From NCBI GenBank assembly GCA_022844165.1, contig JALHMH010000033.1, positions 11,865 to 51,156 on the forward strand: a stretch of DNA of 39,292 nt. Reading direction: 5' to 3'. The notes beneath the pieces are model-generated. The model searched no databases and had not been told where the DNA came from. It saw nothing but the letters and a program-made list of their open reading frames with translations. This document shows, in pieces, positions 17,137 to 27,157 of the stretch. Both the position numbers and the translations under genes were made by a program. This DNA is from Lysobacterales bacterium (GTDB lineage: Bacteria; Pseudomonadota; Gammaproteobacteria; Xanthomonadales; SZUA-5). Position 1 is the stretch's first letter. Each line of letters begins with the position of its first letter.

Positions 17137-19523
17137 GCGTCAGGAGCCGTTGCGGGCATCGGCGTCTTGCGTTCACTCCACCGAGCGCGCGCCGAAGTAT
17201 CGATTGATGTCATCTTCAATACATCATCGACGATCTCCTGCGCGTCGCTTGCGCCAGGGCCTTGTTGGGCTACCGTTCGTTCGTAGGCGGATTCGAAGAC
17301 CTCGAGTGCTTCGGCATGCCGGCCGACAGCGCTGAGCGCACGCGCCAGGGTCTGGCGAAACTCTGCGTGCACGCGATTGTGGGGCGGAAACTCCTCCGCG
17401 ATTGCTGCGATCAGTGCAGGCTGCCTTTCAACGACTTCGGCTGCCCTGCCCTGATCGACTCGAAGCAACGCAAGGTTTCCCTCCGCGATGAGCGTATTGG
17501 GATGCCGTTCGCCGCGCAATCGGCGGAATGACTCAAACGCGCGTTCATAGTACGGTGCGGCTTCCATCCACTTCCCTTGCTGGCGCAGCGCTGCACCGAG
17601 GTTGTTGATCAAGGTCAGCACGGACGAATGATCCACACCGAAAACATCCTCGAACGGCGGCAGCAGTTCTTTCAGCGTGCGCTCCGCTGCGTCGAATTCC
17701 CGGCGTTTAAGTTTGACGATCACGGCATCAGCGCGGTTGCGAAGGACCTGCGGATGATCTGCGCCGAATAACTCGGCTTGTCGGGGCAGCCATTCGGCGA
17801 ACCGTTGCTCCGCGTCCAACACTTTATTTGCCATCAGCTCGGCATTCGCTAAGCGCAAGTGCGCTTCGATCTGCTCGCGATGGAAATCTGGCGATTGTGC
17901 GGAAACCTCAGTCGCCTGCCGAAGCAATACCAGGGCCTGCTCGAGATCGACGCCAACCATAATCCAACCATAATCGGTGAGCGCCAAAAGCTGCGTGTGC
18001 ACGTCGCCAAACTTCTGCGCATCCTCAAAGGCGCGTCCGGCGTTCTCTGCTGCCGCTTTGTCGTGCCCGGCATCCCACTGCGACATGGCCAGAATGCGCC
18101 GGGCATCGATACCTGACGCTGATGTCTCGATCGGAGTGCCTTCGACAGAATCCAGGAGTGCGGTGAGCCGCTCGATCGCCAGTTCCGGCTCGGCCAGGAG
18201 ACGGTAGTTGCCGGCCATCTGCCGTTCGATCTCGAACCGCAATTCCGGTTCGTCGGACAGCTCCGAACGCGCCCGGACTGCCGCACGGTCTATGATTCGC
18301 TTGAGCAATGTCGTGTCTTGACCGCGAGCCTCATCGGGCGTTGCGCCAGCGAGAACCTCCTGCAGGAACGACGCCAGTAAATTGGCCCTCTTTGCAGCTG
18401 CCTCCGCCTGGACTGCGGCGCGCTGTGCGCGAGCCTCTCCCGCGCGCGCTGCGAGCAACCCGTAAACAGCAAAGGACACCCCTACCACCAGTGCCAACAT
18501 CACCGCACCACCCGCAAGCAGGCCCACGCGATTCCGTTCGGCAAACTTCTGAGCGTAATAAAAACGCGTCCTGGGCACTGCCCGTAGTGGTTTTCGCTGG
18601 CGAAAGCGCGCCAGGTCTTCGGCAAACTCCAGGGCGCTCGGGTAGCGATCTTCGGGATTCGGTGCAAGCGCTCTCGCGAGCAGTGCACGGAGCTCCCTGG
18701 GCAGTTGCGCAATGTCGGCCGCCATCGACCGGCCGTCGCCTGTTTCAAGCATCGAATAGCCTGTTCGCGCGAACAGCTCGCCGAGCTGCACTGCGTTAAT
18801 GCTTGAGGTCTTGTGCAGCGTCGTCGGTGATATCGTCGTGAGCAAGGTCATTCCGAGCGAATAGACATCCGCTCGGACATCCGGCGAGGCCTGCCTGGCG
18901 GCTTGTTCCGGCGCCATGAACCCTACTGAACCGGCTCCTTGAACCTTGAGACCGGACGGGACCTGGGCAGCCACGGCGATTCCAAAATCGATAAGTTTGG
19001 GTTGCGGTTCACCGTCGATATCGGCGACCAGAATGTTGCTGGGTTTGATGTCCCGATGAATAACCCCTCGTTGATGCGCATGATGCGCGCCCAGCGCGAT
19101 GCGCTCGATCATTTGCAATCGAATCAACAATGGCGGTTGCGTACGTTCAATGTAGCGGTGCAAGGCTTCGCCTTCGACCCACTCGAGCGCGAGGAAAGGC
19201 ACTCCTGTATCGCTCTGCGCTATTTCGTAGATTCGAGCGATCGCCGGATGCGCAACTTGCGCGAGCGACTGCGCCTCTACGAGCAGCGTTGCCGCGAGCA
19301 ATGGCTCATTGGTTGCTCCGCGGATCAGCTTGAGCGCAACGGTCCGCTGAACCGGCTCAAGTTGCTCCGCCCGATAAACCCGCCCCATGCCGCCTTCGCC
19401 CACCAGCGCAACAACGCGATAGCGCCCAACGCGAGTGCCCGGCGGCAACTCCGTATCGAAGTCGGCGTTTTCGAGCATCGCTTGAAACTGCGTTCGAACA
19501 TCGTTGGGCAACGGGTTTGACAT
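17133..19523 (-). CDS. Hanks-type Ser/Thr protein kinase with a TM helix and C-terminal TPR repeats
   Basis: GEGGMGRVY, VALK, HRDIKPSN, DFG, MAPE, DVYSLG; TM GLLAGGAVMLALVVGVSFAVYGLL; TPR-like NNLGAALRQQGK and G-x-x-HP units. ATG at 19523. Confidence 0.95.
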   Translation of the reverse strand: MSNPLPNDVRTQFQAMLENADFDTELPPGTRVGRYRVVALVGEGGMGRVYRAEQLEPVQRTVALKLIRGATNEPLLAATLLVEAQSLAQVAHPAIARIYEIAQSDTGVPFLALEWVEGEALHRYIERTQPPLLIRLQMIERIALGAHHAHQRGVIHRDIKPSNILVADIDGEPQPKLIDFGIAVAAQVPSGLKVQGAGSVGFMAPEQAARQASPDVRADVYSLGMTLLTTISPTTLHKTSSINAVQLGELFARTGYSMLETGDGRSMAADIAQLPRELRALLARALAPNPEDRYPSALEFAEDLARFRQRKPLRAVPRTRFYYAQKFAERNRVGLLAGGAVMLALVVGVSFAVYGLLAARAGEARAQRAAVQAEAAAKRANLLASFLQEVLAGATPDEARGQDTTLLKRIIDRAAVRARSELSDEPELRFEIERQMAGNYRLLAEPELAIERLTALLDSVEGTPIETSASGIDARRILAMSQWDAGHDKAAAENAGRAFEDAQKFGDVHTQLLALTDYGWIMVGVDLEQALVLLRQATEVSAQSPDFHREQIEAHLRLANAELMANKVLDAEQRFAEWLPRQAELFGADHPQVLRNRADAVIVKLKRREFDAAERTLKELLPPFEDVFGVDHSSVLTLINNLGAALRQQGKWMEAAPYYERAFESFRRLRGERHPNTLIAEGNLALLRVDQGRAAEVVERQPALIAAIAEEFPPHNRVHAEFRQTLARALSAVGRHAEALEVFESAYERTVAQQGPGASDAQEIVDDVLKMTSIDTSARARWSERKTPMPATAPDA

Positions 19524-19687
19524 AGCGAGGCGATTGGCTGAATGCGTCAAGTCTACGCGCCGAGCCTGACTTGCGCCGCACAGCTATGCTAGTGGGGCTG
19601 ATCGCCGACCGAGTCGACCGCGTTCGAACAGGGCGCGCAGGCACGGGTCGATATTTGGTAACGTCCTTTCATCCGTACTCATTTGTC

Positions 19688-21937
19688 ATGCCACTCAGTC
19701 AAAGCAAACAGCTCAATCGCGCCGAAATCGTCGACAAGAACTTCACTACATTTGTAGAGGAGCATGCAGGTTCTGAACAACGCCGCAGAACCGACGACGA
19801 GCCGCTGAGTCCGTCTACGACGCTCAGCGTGCGCGCATTCAAGGAGCTGCTGGAATCGCAGCTGATCAGTCGCCATCTGGATTTGATGGCACGCGTACTG
19901 CGTGTGCAGAACAAGGTGTTCTACACCATCGGCAGCTCGGGTCACGAAGGCAATGCGATGGTTGCGCGGCTGACACGGCACACCGATCCGGCGTTCCTTC
20001 ATTATCGTTCCGGCGGGTTTATGGCCGAACGCTTCCGTAAGTTGCCTGGCATGGATCCGATCATGGATTCGGCGTTGTCGTTCGCGGCGAGCAAGCTGGA
20101 CCCGGCCTCCGGTGGCCGGCACAAAGTCTGGGGTAGCAAGCCACTCTGGGTCTTGCCGCAAACTTCGACCATTGCCAGCCACCCACCCAAGGCATTCGGT
20201 ACAGCGCTCGCCATCGATCAAGCACAACGGATTGGCCACCCACTGCCGATTCCTGGTGACAGTATCGTGGTCTGTAGTTTCGGCGATGCCAGCGCTAACC
20301 ATGCAACTGCCCAGGGCGCGTTCAATGCAGCCGAATGGGCCGGTTACCAGCAGCTCCGTGCGCCGGTGCTCTTTGTCTGCGAAGACAATGGCATCGGTAT
20401 CTCGGTTAAGTCTCCGACCGGCTGGATCGCTGCGAGTTTCAGTCAGCGCCGACATATGGCGTACTTCTACGCCGACGGGCTGGATCTGGAGAGGGGCTTC
20501 GATGCGGTCGCACGTGCTGTAGATTTCTGTCGCAGCGAACGCAAACCGACGTTCTTGCACTTGAAGACGACTCGGTTGATGGGTCACGCCGGCACTGACT
20601 TTGAAATCGAGTACCGGGCTTTCGACGACATCTTCGCCGGTGAGGCTGCGGACCCACTGTTGCGCAGCGCCGCGCTTGCGTTAGAGCACAGCGTTTACAC
20701 AAAAGCCGAACTGCTGGGGATCTACGAGGATATTCGCCGCCGCTGTTTTGCGGCCGCCGATGCTGCCGACCGCACCGCAAAACTCACAGAGCTGGAGGAC
20801 GTGATAGCACCGCTCGCGCCATATTCGTCCGATGCGGTCGTAGCCGAAGCGGCGCGGGCTCCTGCCGATGACCTGCGTGTCGCACACTTTGGATCCCAGG
20901 CGCAGCTCCCGGAGCGACAGGCGCCACGGCATATGGCCATCAACATCAACCAGTCTCTGCACGACTTGATGCTCAAATACCCATCCAGTTTGCTGTTTGG
21001 CGAGGACGTTGCGCAAAAGGGCGGCGTGTACACGGTCACCAAGGGACTGTGGCATAAGTTCAAGGGTGCGCGCGTCTTCAACACGCTACTGGACGAAACC
21101 ACCATACTTGGATTAGCTCAGGGGCTGGCCAACCTGGGCATGCTGCCGATACCAGAAATCCAGTACCTCGCTTACTACCATAACGCTTGTGATCAAATTC
21201 GCGGCGAAGCTGCCTCATTGCAGTTCTTCAGCAATGGTCAGTATCGGAATCCGATGGTCGTGCGAATCGCGGGCCTGGGTTACCAAAAAGGCTTCGGCGG
21301 CCACTTCCATAACGACAATTCGATGGCCGCACTACGTGACATTCCTGGCCTGACGATCGCTTGTCCAAGTCGTGGCGATGATGCGGCGATGATGCTCCGT
21401 ACTTTGATGGCGCTATCGCACGTTGATGGCCGAGTTTCGGTAATTCTCGAGCCAATTGCGCTGTACATGACCAAAGACTTATATGCGCCGGGCGATGGCC
21501 AATGGGCGTTTCCGTACCCGGCAATCACGGAGGCCATTGCCGTTGGCGAACCTCGTGTTTATCACGAATCTGCGACCGACCTGTTGATCATCAGTTACGG
21601 CAACGGCGTTTTAATGGGCTTGCGGGCCGCCAAAGCACTCGCTGACAGTGGCGTGTCGACGCGGGTCCTGGATTTGCGCTGGTTGCAGCCGTTGAATACA
21701 GCGGCGATCTGTTCCGCTGCCCGTGCCTGCAAGCGCGTGCTGGTCGTCGATGAAGGGCGTACTGCCGGTCCCGGCGAGGGCGTGCTATCTGCGTTAGTCG
21801 AAGGTCGTTGCGCCAATCGTCCGATTGCGCAGGTCCGCGGCGTCGATACCTATACACCGCTCGCGGGTGCAGCAAACCTGGTACTGCCATCGGATGAGAG
21901 TGTGCTTGCTGCGGCCAGGCGCCTGCTGCTGGAGTGA
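19688..21937 (+). CDS. Fused alpha/beta E1 component of a 2-oxoacid dehydrogenase (TPP-dependent, probably branched-chain)
   Basis: FYTIGSSGHEG, SFGDAS...EDN TPP motif, FGEDVAQKGGVY, EIQYLAY, GGHFHN. ATG at 19688. Confidence 0.9.
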   Translation: MPLSQSKQLNRAEIVDKNFTTFVEEHAGSEQRRRTDDEPLSPSTTLSVRAFKELLESQLISRHLDLMARVLRVQNKVFYTIGSSGHEGNAMVARLTRHTDPAFLHYRSGGFMAERFRKLPGMDPIMDSALSFAASKLDPASGGRHKVWGSKPLWVLPQTSTIASHPPKAFGTALAIDQAQRIGHPLPIPGDSIVVCSFGDASANHATAQGAFNAAEWAGYQQLRAPVLFVCEDNGIGISVKSPTGWIAASFSQRRHMAYFYADGLDLERGFDAVARAVDFCRSERKPTFLHLKTTRLMGHAGTDFEIEYRAFDDIFAGEAADPLLRSAALALEHSVYTKAELLGIYEDIRRRCFAAADAADRTAKLTELEDVIAPLAPYSSDAVVAEAARAPADDLRVAHFGSQAQLPERQAPRHMAININQSLHDLMLKYPSSLLFGEDVAQKGGVYTVTKGLWHKFKGARVFNTLLDETTILGLAQGLANLGMLPIPEIQYLAYYHNACDQIRGEAASLQFFSNGQYRNPMVVRIAGLGYQKGFGGHFHNDNSMAALRDIPGLTIACPSRGDDAAMMLRTLMALSHVDGRVSVILEPIALYMTKDLYAPGDGQWAFPYPAITEAIAVGEPRVYHESATDLLIISYGNGVLMGLRAAKALADSGVSTRVLDLRWLQPLNTAAICSAARACKRVLVVDEGRTAGPGEGVLSALVEGRCANRPIAQVRGVDTYTPLAGAANLVLPSDESVLAAARRLLLE

Positions 21938-22056
21938 GTGACTGACGATCTGTGCTGATTGCATGCAAATGTCAAACCTGCATACCCTGGCAGACGATTC
22001 GTCGATAACCAGTGCACAATGGCGACGCGGTATACAACGCGTGACAGGGGGCGTTG

Positions 22057-23328
22057 ATGAGTACGTGGGTCGCCGGATCGATGGCATTTGCGCAAGGCGC
22101 CTTTTTGTTCGCCGTTTTTCTCGGCATGTTTCGCGTGCGCCGCTTCTTTGGATTCGGTCCGCTGTTCTTGACCATCGGCGCCGTCGAAGGCCTTAAGTAC
22201 TTCCTGACAACCGGTTTCGACGTCGCATTGTTCGGTAGCGAGGTTGCGCTTGGATCCGTCGTTTATTATCCGGCCACTCTGACCATCGTGCTGGTTGTTT
22301 ACATCCGCGAGAACGCACCGGCGGCGCGACAGCTGCTCTGGTCGCTGGCGCTGGCCAATCTTGGCCTTGGCGTGCTGATGACGCTCGTCTGGATGGGTCA
22401 TCGAAATGCTGGCGACGATCTGCTTAACCAACAAATACTAGGCGGTCTCCTGCGGGTCTTTGTTGGAACGACGCTGACCTTTGTTGGAGGCGTTGTTTCG
22501 CTGATCATTTACAGCCGCATCTCGACGCTATCGTGGCCACGCTTGTTTCGAATCTGGCTGACGCTTGCCTCGGTGGCCGTTGCTGACACCATCGTGTACA
22601 TGACTATTGTTGCACCAATCGATGCTCACTCGAGCGGCGAGGTGCTCGCCACACTGGCCGGCAAGCTCGCGTTTATTGCCGTCTATGCCATGATGACTGA
22701 GACCTACCTGCGCTTGTTCGAGGCCGCAGAGCCGGGCCAAAACGAACGCCAACCCAGCGCAAACATCCTGGCACTGCTGACCTATCGAGAACGCTTTCAA
22801 GAACTTGAGAGGCAGGTCATCCGGGACCCATTGACTGGCACCTTTAATCGTCGCCACCTCGATATAGCGCTACCAGAGCATCTCGACAGTCACTGCAGAC
22901 GCGGCGAACCGTGCGCACTGTTGATGGTCGACATCGATCACTTCAAGACGGTGAACGACACCTTCGGCCATTCCAACGGCGACCAGGCGTTAGTCCACTT
23001 TGTTCGCGTACTGACAAGCGTCCTGGGTCGCGGCGACCTTTTGTTTCGTTACGGCGGGGAAGAGTTCTTGATTCTGTTGCCACACGCCGACGCTCAGGAC
23101 TCGCAGACAATTGCCGATCACATTCATCACGCGCTTGCATCGATGCCGCTGTTGCTCAAGGGCGAATCGATCACCATGTCGTGTACTGTCGGTATCGCGG
23201 TCATGCCACGCGATGGCACCACCGCGGGCGAACTCTTTTCGGCAGCGGACCGGCGCCTGTATAGAGGCAAACAGCGAGGCCGCCATTGCACGATTGCAGA
23301 GGACCAGGGGCGATCCGGGCGTACCTGA
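22057..23328 (+). CDS. Membrane-bound diguanylate cyclase with a multi-TM, VUT/YhhQ-like N-terminal domain
   Basis: About 6-7 hydrophobic segments, then RDPLTGTFNRR, DIDHFKTVNDTFGHSNGD and RYGGEEF. Confidence 0.9.
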   Translation: MSTWVAGSMAFAQGAFLFAVFLGMFRVRRFFGFGPLFLTIGAVEGLKYFLTTGFDVALFGSEVALGSVVYYPATLTIVLVVYIRENAPAARQLLWSLALANLGLGVLMTLVWMGHRNAGDDLLNQQILGGLLRVFVGTTLTFVGGVVSLIIYSRISTLSWPRLFRIWLTLASVAVADTIVYMTIVAPIDAHSSGEVLATLAGKLAFIAVYAMMTETYLRLFEAAEPGQNERQPSANILALLTYRERFQELERQVIRDPLTGTFNRRHLDIALPEHLDSHCRRGEPCALLMVDIDHFKTVNDTFGHSNGDQALVHFVRVLTSVLGRGDLLFRYGGEEFLILLPHADAQDSQTIADHIHHALASMPLLLKGESITMSCTVGIAVMPRDGTTAGELFSAADRRLYRGKQRGRHCTIAEDQGRSGRT

Positions 23329-23379
23329 GTTCAATCCAGCGGTGTTAGTCTCTGGTGCCGTCCGACAAGAGCATTTGTC

Positions 23380-24243
23380 ATGCCCAAGCCGATTGTCGGC
23401 GAGTTGATCGACTTGATGCAGTTGGAGCGTCTGGAAGAGAACTTGTTTCGTGGCCAGAGCCGCGACATTGGTACGCGCTTTGTCTTCGGTGGACAGGTCT
23501 TGGGGCAATCGCTGGCTGCTGCGCAAAGAACGGTCGAAGAGCGCGTCGTGCATTCCATGCATGCGTACTTCCTGCGCGCCGGCGATGTTGAGGCGCCCAT
23601 CGTGTACGAAGTCGATCGCAATCGCGATGGCAAGAGTTTTTCATCACGCCGCGTTGTTGCCATTCAACATGGGCAGCCAATCTTCACGATGGCGGCTTCT
23701 TTCCAAGAGCCGGAAGATGGCTTGACGCATCAATTGTCGATGCCCGATGTGCCGCCACCTGACGATCTGAGCGAGCCTGAGCCGATTCCGCCGGAGTTGC
23801 TGGACAAAATACCCGCAAAACTGCAACGCTGGGTCATGAGCCGCGGACCATTCGAGTTCCGGCACGTATATCCACGCGACGAGTTCAAACGGCCCAAACG
23901 CCCCCCGTTTCAACACGTTTGGTTCAGACTTGTAGACCGGATTGCCGACGATGAACCTCTGCATCGAACTTTGCTGGCTTACGCCAGCGACTTTCATTTA
24001 ATCGGGACGTCAACGTTCCCTCATGGCATCAGCTATCTGCAGGGCAATGTTCAAATGGCCAGTCTCGACCACGCGATGTGGTTTCACCGCCCGTTCCGCG
24101 TCGACGACTGGCTGCTGTACTCCTGCGACAGCCCCACCGCCCAGGGTGCTCGTGGTCTGTCGCGCGGAATGATCTATGACGGCCACGGCAGGCTCGTCGC
24201 ATCAACAGCCCAGGAAGGGTTGATTCGATTGCTCGCCGAATGA
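23380..24243 (+). CDS. tesB: Acyl-CoA thioesterase II
   Basis: VFGGQVLGQ, HSMHAYF, RDGKSFSSRRV, LAYASD, ASLDHAMWFH, QEGLIR. Confidence 0.96.
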   Translation: MPKPIVGELIDLMQLERLEENLFRGQSRDIGTRFVFGGQVLGQSLAAAQRTVEERVVHSMHAYFLRAGDVEAPIVYEVDRNRDGKSFSSRRVVAIQHGQPIFTMAASFQEPEDGLTHQLSMPDVPPPDDLSEPEPIPPELLDKIPAKLQRWVMSRGPFEFRHVYPRDEFKRPKRPPFQHVWFRLVDRIADDEPLHRTLLAYASDFHLIGTSTFPHGISYLQGNVQMASLDHAMWFHRPFRVDDWLLYSCDSPTAQGARGLSRGMIYDGHGRLVASTAQEGLIRLLAE

Positions 24244-24318
24244 TCCTCCCCTTTTTCGACAGACGATTTTTTTGACGAGTCGAAGTTTAGCTTCATATCG
24301 CTTCCGCACTTTCCGTCC

Positions 24319-24999
24319 ATGCGACTCTTCAAAACACCCGAGCACGAATGCAGCTATTACCCAGAGCGGCGGGCCGTGATGAGTGTGCTCGATCCGCATG
24401 ACGCAACGCTCGGCGAGCGGTATGGCGCGGCGCTGGCGCATGGATTCAGGCGCACCGGCGGGATGGTTTACAAGCCCATATGCAGTCATTGCCGGGCCTG
24501 CGTTGCGACTCGCCTGACGCTGGCCGACTTTGTGCCGAACCGGAGCCAAAGGCGGACCTGGCAAAAGAACCTGGATGTCGTGGCGACCTGGACTGCACCG
24601 GTTGCCAACGATGAACATCGGATGCTGTACCGGGCGTACCTGAATGATCGGCATCATGGTAATAACGACGGTGACCGCGACCCGTTCGAGAGCTTGGTTT
24701 CGCCATTTCCATCAACCGTCTTTCTTGAGCTCAGGCTCGCCGGACAGTTGGTCTGCCTGGCCGTGACGGACCGCGTGAGCGATGGCCTGTCTGCGGTTTA
24801 CACCGCATACGATACGACGCTGGCAGAACGTAGCCTGGGGACCTTGGCAATCTTGCACCAAATGACTTTCGCAAGAGCGCAGGAACTGCAGTTTTTGTAC
24901 CTGGGTTTCTGGTTGGATGGCCATCCACAAATGGACTACAAACGGCGCTTCTTGCCGCAGGAACAGCTGATCAACGGCAGGTGGTTATTGCGTCGTTAG
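24319..24999 (+). CDS. ate: ATE-like aminoacyl-tRNA-protein transferase (Bpt/arginyltransferase family)
   Basis: HECSY, GFRRTG, YKPICSHCRAC, LSAVYT, RSLGT, YLGFW, MDYK. Confidence 0.9.
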   Translation: MRLFKTPEHECSYYPERRAVMSVLDPHDATLGERYGAALAHGFRRTGGMVYKPICSHCRACVATRLTLADFVPNRSQRRTWQKNLDVVATWTAPVANDEHRMLYRAYLNDRHHGNNDGDRDPFESLVSPFPSTVFLELRLAGQLVCLAVTDRVSDGLSAVYTAYDTTLAERSLGTLAILHQMTFARAQELQFLYLGFWLDGHPQMDYKRRFLPQEQLINGRWLLRR

Positions 25000-25092
25000 T
25001 GGGCGCTTGGGCTGCGAAAATCAGCAGACAGAAATCAAGTCATCAGATCGGAGCACACGCCGATTTGTCCGTGGATTCCCCGGCACCAGCAC

Positions 25093-26967
25093 TTATAAAT
25101 CTCTGACGACGCGGAATCCAACGCGAGCACTTCCGGCATTACCCAGTGCGCTGCCGCGCCATGCGCTTCGGATCTGGTTCGGACCCGATCCCCAGGAGCC
25201 TCCGCGAATGACACGCAGCTCGCATCCAGCGTTCACCCAGGCAACCGCAAACTCGGGCGCCCTTCGGTAGTCGTCGTGCCAGCAGTCCTCGACCCATTCC
25301 GACACATTGCCGTCAAGATCATAAATGCGATAACCGTTCGCGCCAAAACTGCGCACGGGTGCAGGCCCCCAGAAACCGTCGTTGTACCCGGCAAATCCCT
25401 GAGACCACCGCCGACCCTGGGGTGATGGATCCGCAGCGCCGGCAAAGTTACCGACGACGACGGCGGGCTCACCCTCGCCCCAGGGATACCGCGTGACTGC
25501 GCCAGCTCGCAATGCGTACTCGAACTCGGCCTCGCTTGGCAGGCGATAGCCTTCGCCACTCATTGTTGATAGCCACGCTGCATAAGCCGCTGCATCGTGA
25601 TAGCTGACATGAACCACCGGATCGCCATCCCGCGCGCGTTTGCCCGCATAGCCGCGGCGCCATGAGACACGCCGCATTTTGACAATACGCCCTGTTTTCT
25701 CCTCATACGCAGCCGACGATCCAGATCGTTCCGCGTCGGTCACGTGCCCCGTGGCTTCAACGAAACTGCGAAAGTCAGCAACCGTTGTTTCATTGCGCGC
25801 CATCGCAAAGCCGCGTTCGAACCGCAGCTGCCGCTGCGGACCCTCGCTACTTTCGCGACCGGCCTCTGACTCCGGTGAGCCCATAGTGAATTCGCCGACC
25901 GGAATGACAACCAGACGCGGCCCGTCGTTGCCATCGGACAATTTATCGGCGAATCGCTCGCCAGGCGCAAATCCGCCGTACAGGCGCATGTTGACGATCT
26001 TGGCCCGCAGTTCCCTGACCTGAGACTCGTCGAGTATCTGATCGAGTATGTCGATAGCCTGTTGCGCCTGATCGGAGTCGTTCCTGGCAAGTGCTTCGTT
26101 GAAACGTGTCAGTTGTTCGGCTTCGGTCTGCGCTCGGAACGCTCGAATCTGCGCACGCGCGTCGATCACTGCCGAAGATTCCGCCTGGATCGCATCCGCC
26201 TGTTCCAGCGCCGCGAGCCCGGCTGAAAAATTCAGCGCGAAGGACTGATCCAAAGCGCGCTCGATGAGTCGTCTCTGGACATCGCCCAAGCCCTTCAGCG
26301 CGCGCGTACTGGCTGGATCGATCAACAACGCCGCACGAAAACGTTCTGTAGCGCTAGCGAATGCCCGTGGCCCGGCGCCTTCGCGATTGAGCTGTCTTTC
26401 GCCACGCGCCAATTGTTCCAATAACGCCTTGGTACGCTGCCGAATCTCATCGACGTCGATCAACAGCGATGCATCCGCAAAACCCCGACCCAAAGCCGAG
26501 GCCTGATCGGCAACCGGCGCCAGCTTTTCCGGCAGAACAGGTACACCTGCCAGCTTAATCTCCTCCAGCGATTTGATCACCACCGCCCGCGCCCTGGGAT
26601 TCCCAGGGTCGATCGCCAGAACGCGTGCCGCGAGCGCCATCGCACTCGATGCCCTCGGTTCAATCAACCTGCCTTCGCGTTGCTGTTCCAGCATCACGTC
26701 GATGAGAGCTGAAATATCCTCATCTTCTGCGACCGGCGTGGCTGCAACAACCTCCGGCACGACTGTATCGTCGTCATCGAGCAATTCGTCGTCTAACGGG
26801 TCAGGCGTTTCGACGCTGGCCATGGGCTCAGCCACGGGCCCGGTTTCGATCGTTGGTGTGGACAACCTATTGTCGCGTTGAGCCCGATTTAAGCCGATCC
26901 CTGCGCTGCCCAAAATGAGCAACATGGCGAGCAGGAAACTGACGAATGAGCGATGCTTCTCACTCAT
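25093..26967 (-). CDS. Membrane-anchored protein with a C-terminal FGE/SUMF1 (sulfatase-modifying factor) domain
   Basis: N-terminal TM, helical middle region, then GEFTMGS, PVVHVS, YRLPSEAEFEYA, DLDGNVSEW, RGGSW, GFRVVR. The catalytic Cys pair of true FGE is not evident. Confidence 0.88.
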   Translation of the reverse strand: MSEKHRSFVSFLLAMLLILGSAGIGLNRAQRDNRLSTPTIETGPVAEPMASVETPDPLDDELLDDDDTVVPEVVAATPVAEDEDISALIDVMLEQQREGRLIEPRASSAMALAARVLAIDPGNPRARAVVIKSLEEIKLAGVPVLPEKLAPVADQASALGRGFADASLLIDVDEIRQRTKALLEQLARGERQLNREGAGPRAFASATERFRAALLIDPASTRALKGLGDVQRRLIERALDQSFALNFSAGLAALEQADAIQAESSAVIDARAQIRAFRAQTEAEQLTRFNEALARNDSDQAQQAIDILDQILDESQVRELRAKIVNMRLYGGFAPGERFADKLSDGNDGPRLVVIPVGEFTMGSPESEAGRESSEGPQRQLRFERGFAMARNETTVADFRSFVEATGHVTDAERSGSSAAYEEKTGRIVKMRRVSWRRGYAGKRARDGDPVVHVSYHDAAAYAAWLSTMSGEGYRLPSEAEFEYALRAGAVTRYPWGEGEPAVVVGNFAGAADPSPQGRRWSQGFAGYNDGFWGPAPVRSFGANGYRIYDLDGNVSEWVEDCWHDDYRRAPEFAVAWVNAGCELRVIRGGSWGSGPNQIRSAWRGSALGNAGSARVGFRVVRDL

Positions 26968-27157
26968 ACGCGGGCTACCTTAGTTTGAAGGTTCGCCAAT
27001 CATGGAGACTTGAGCCTGTCACGGCCAGCAGGATGGAGCTTCTGACTAACAAGCATGTTGTTTTCGTTCATCGATAAACAACGTCGGGGTACATTCGCCC
27101 ACTACTCGCCAATTCGACTGACTGGAACACTCGATGCAAACAACGTTTCAAGAATCG

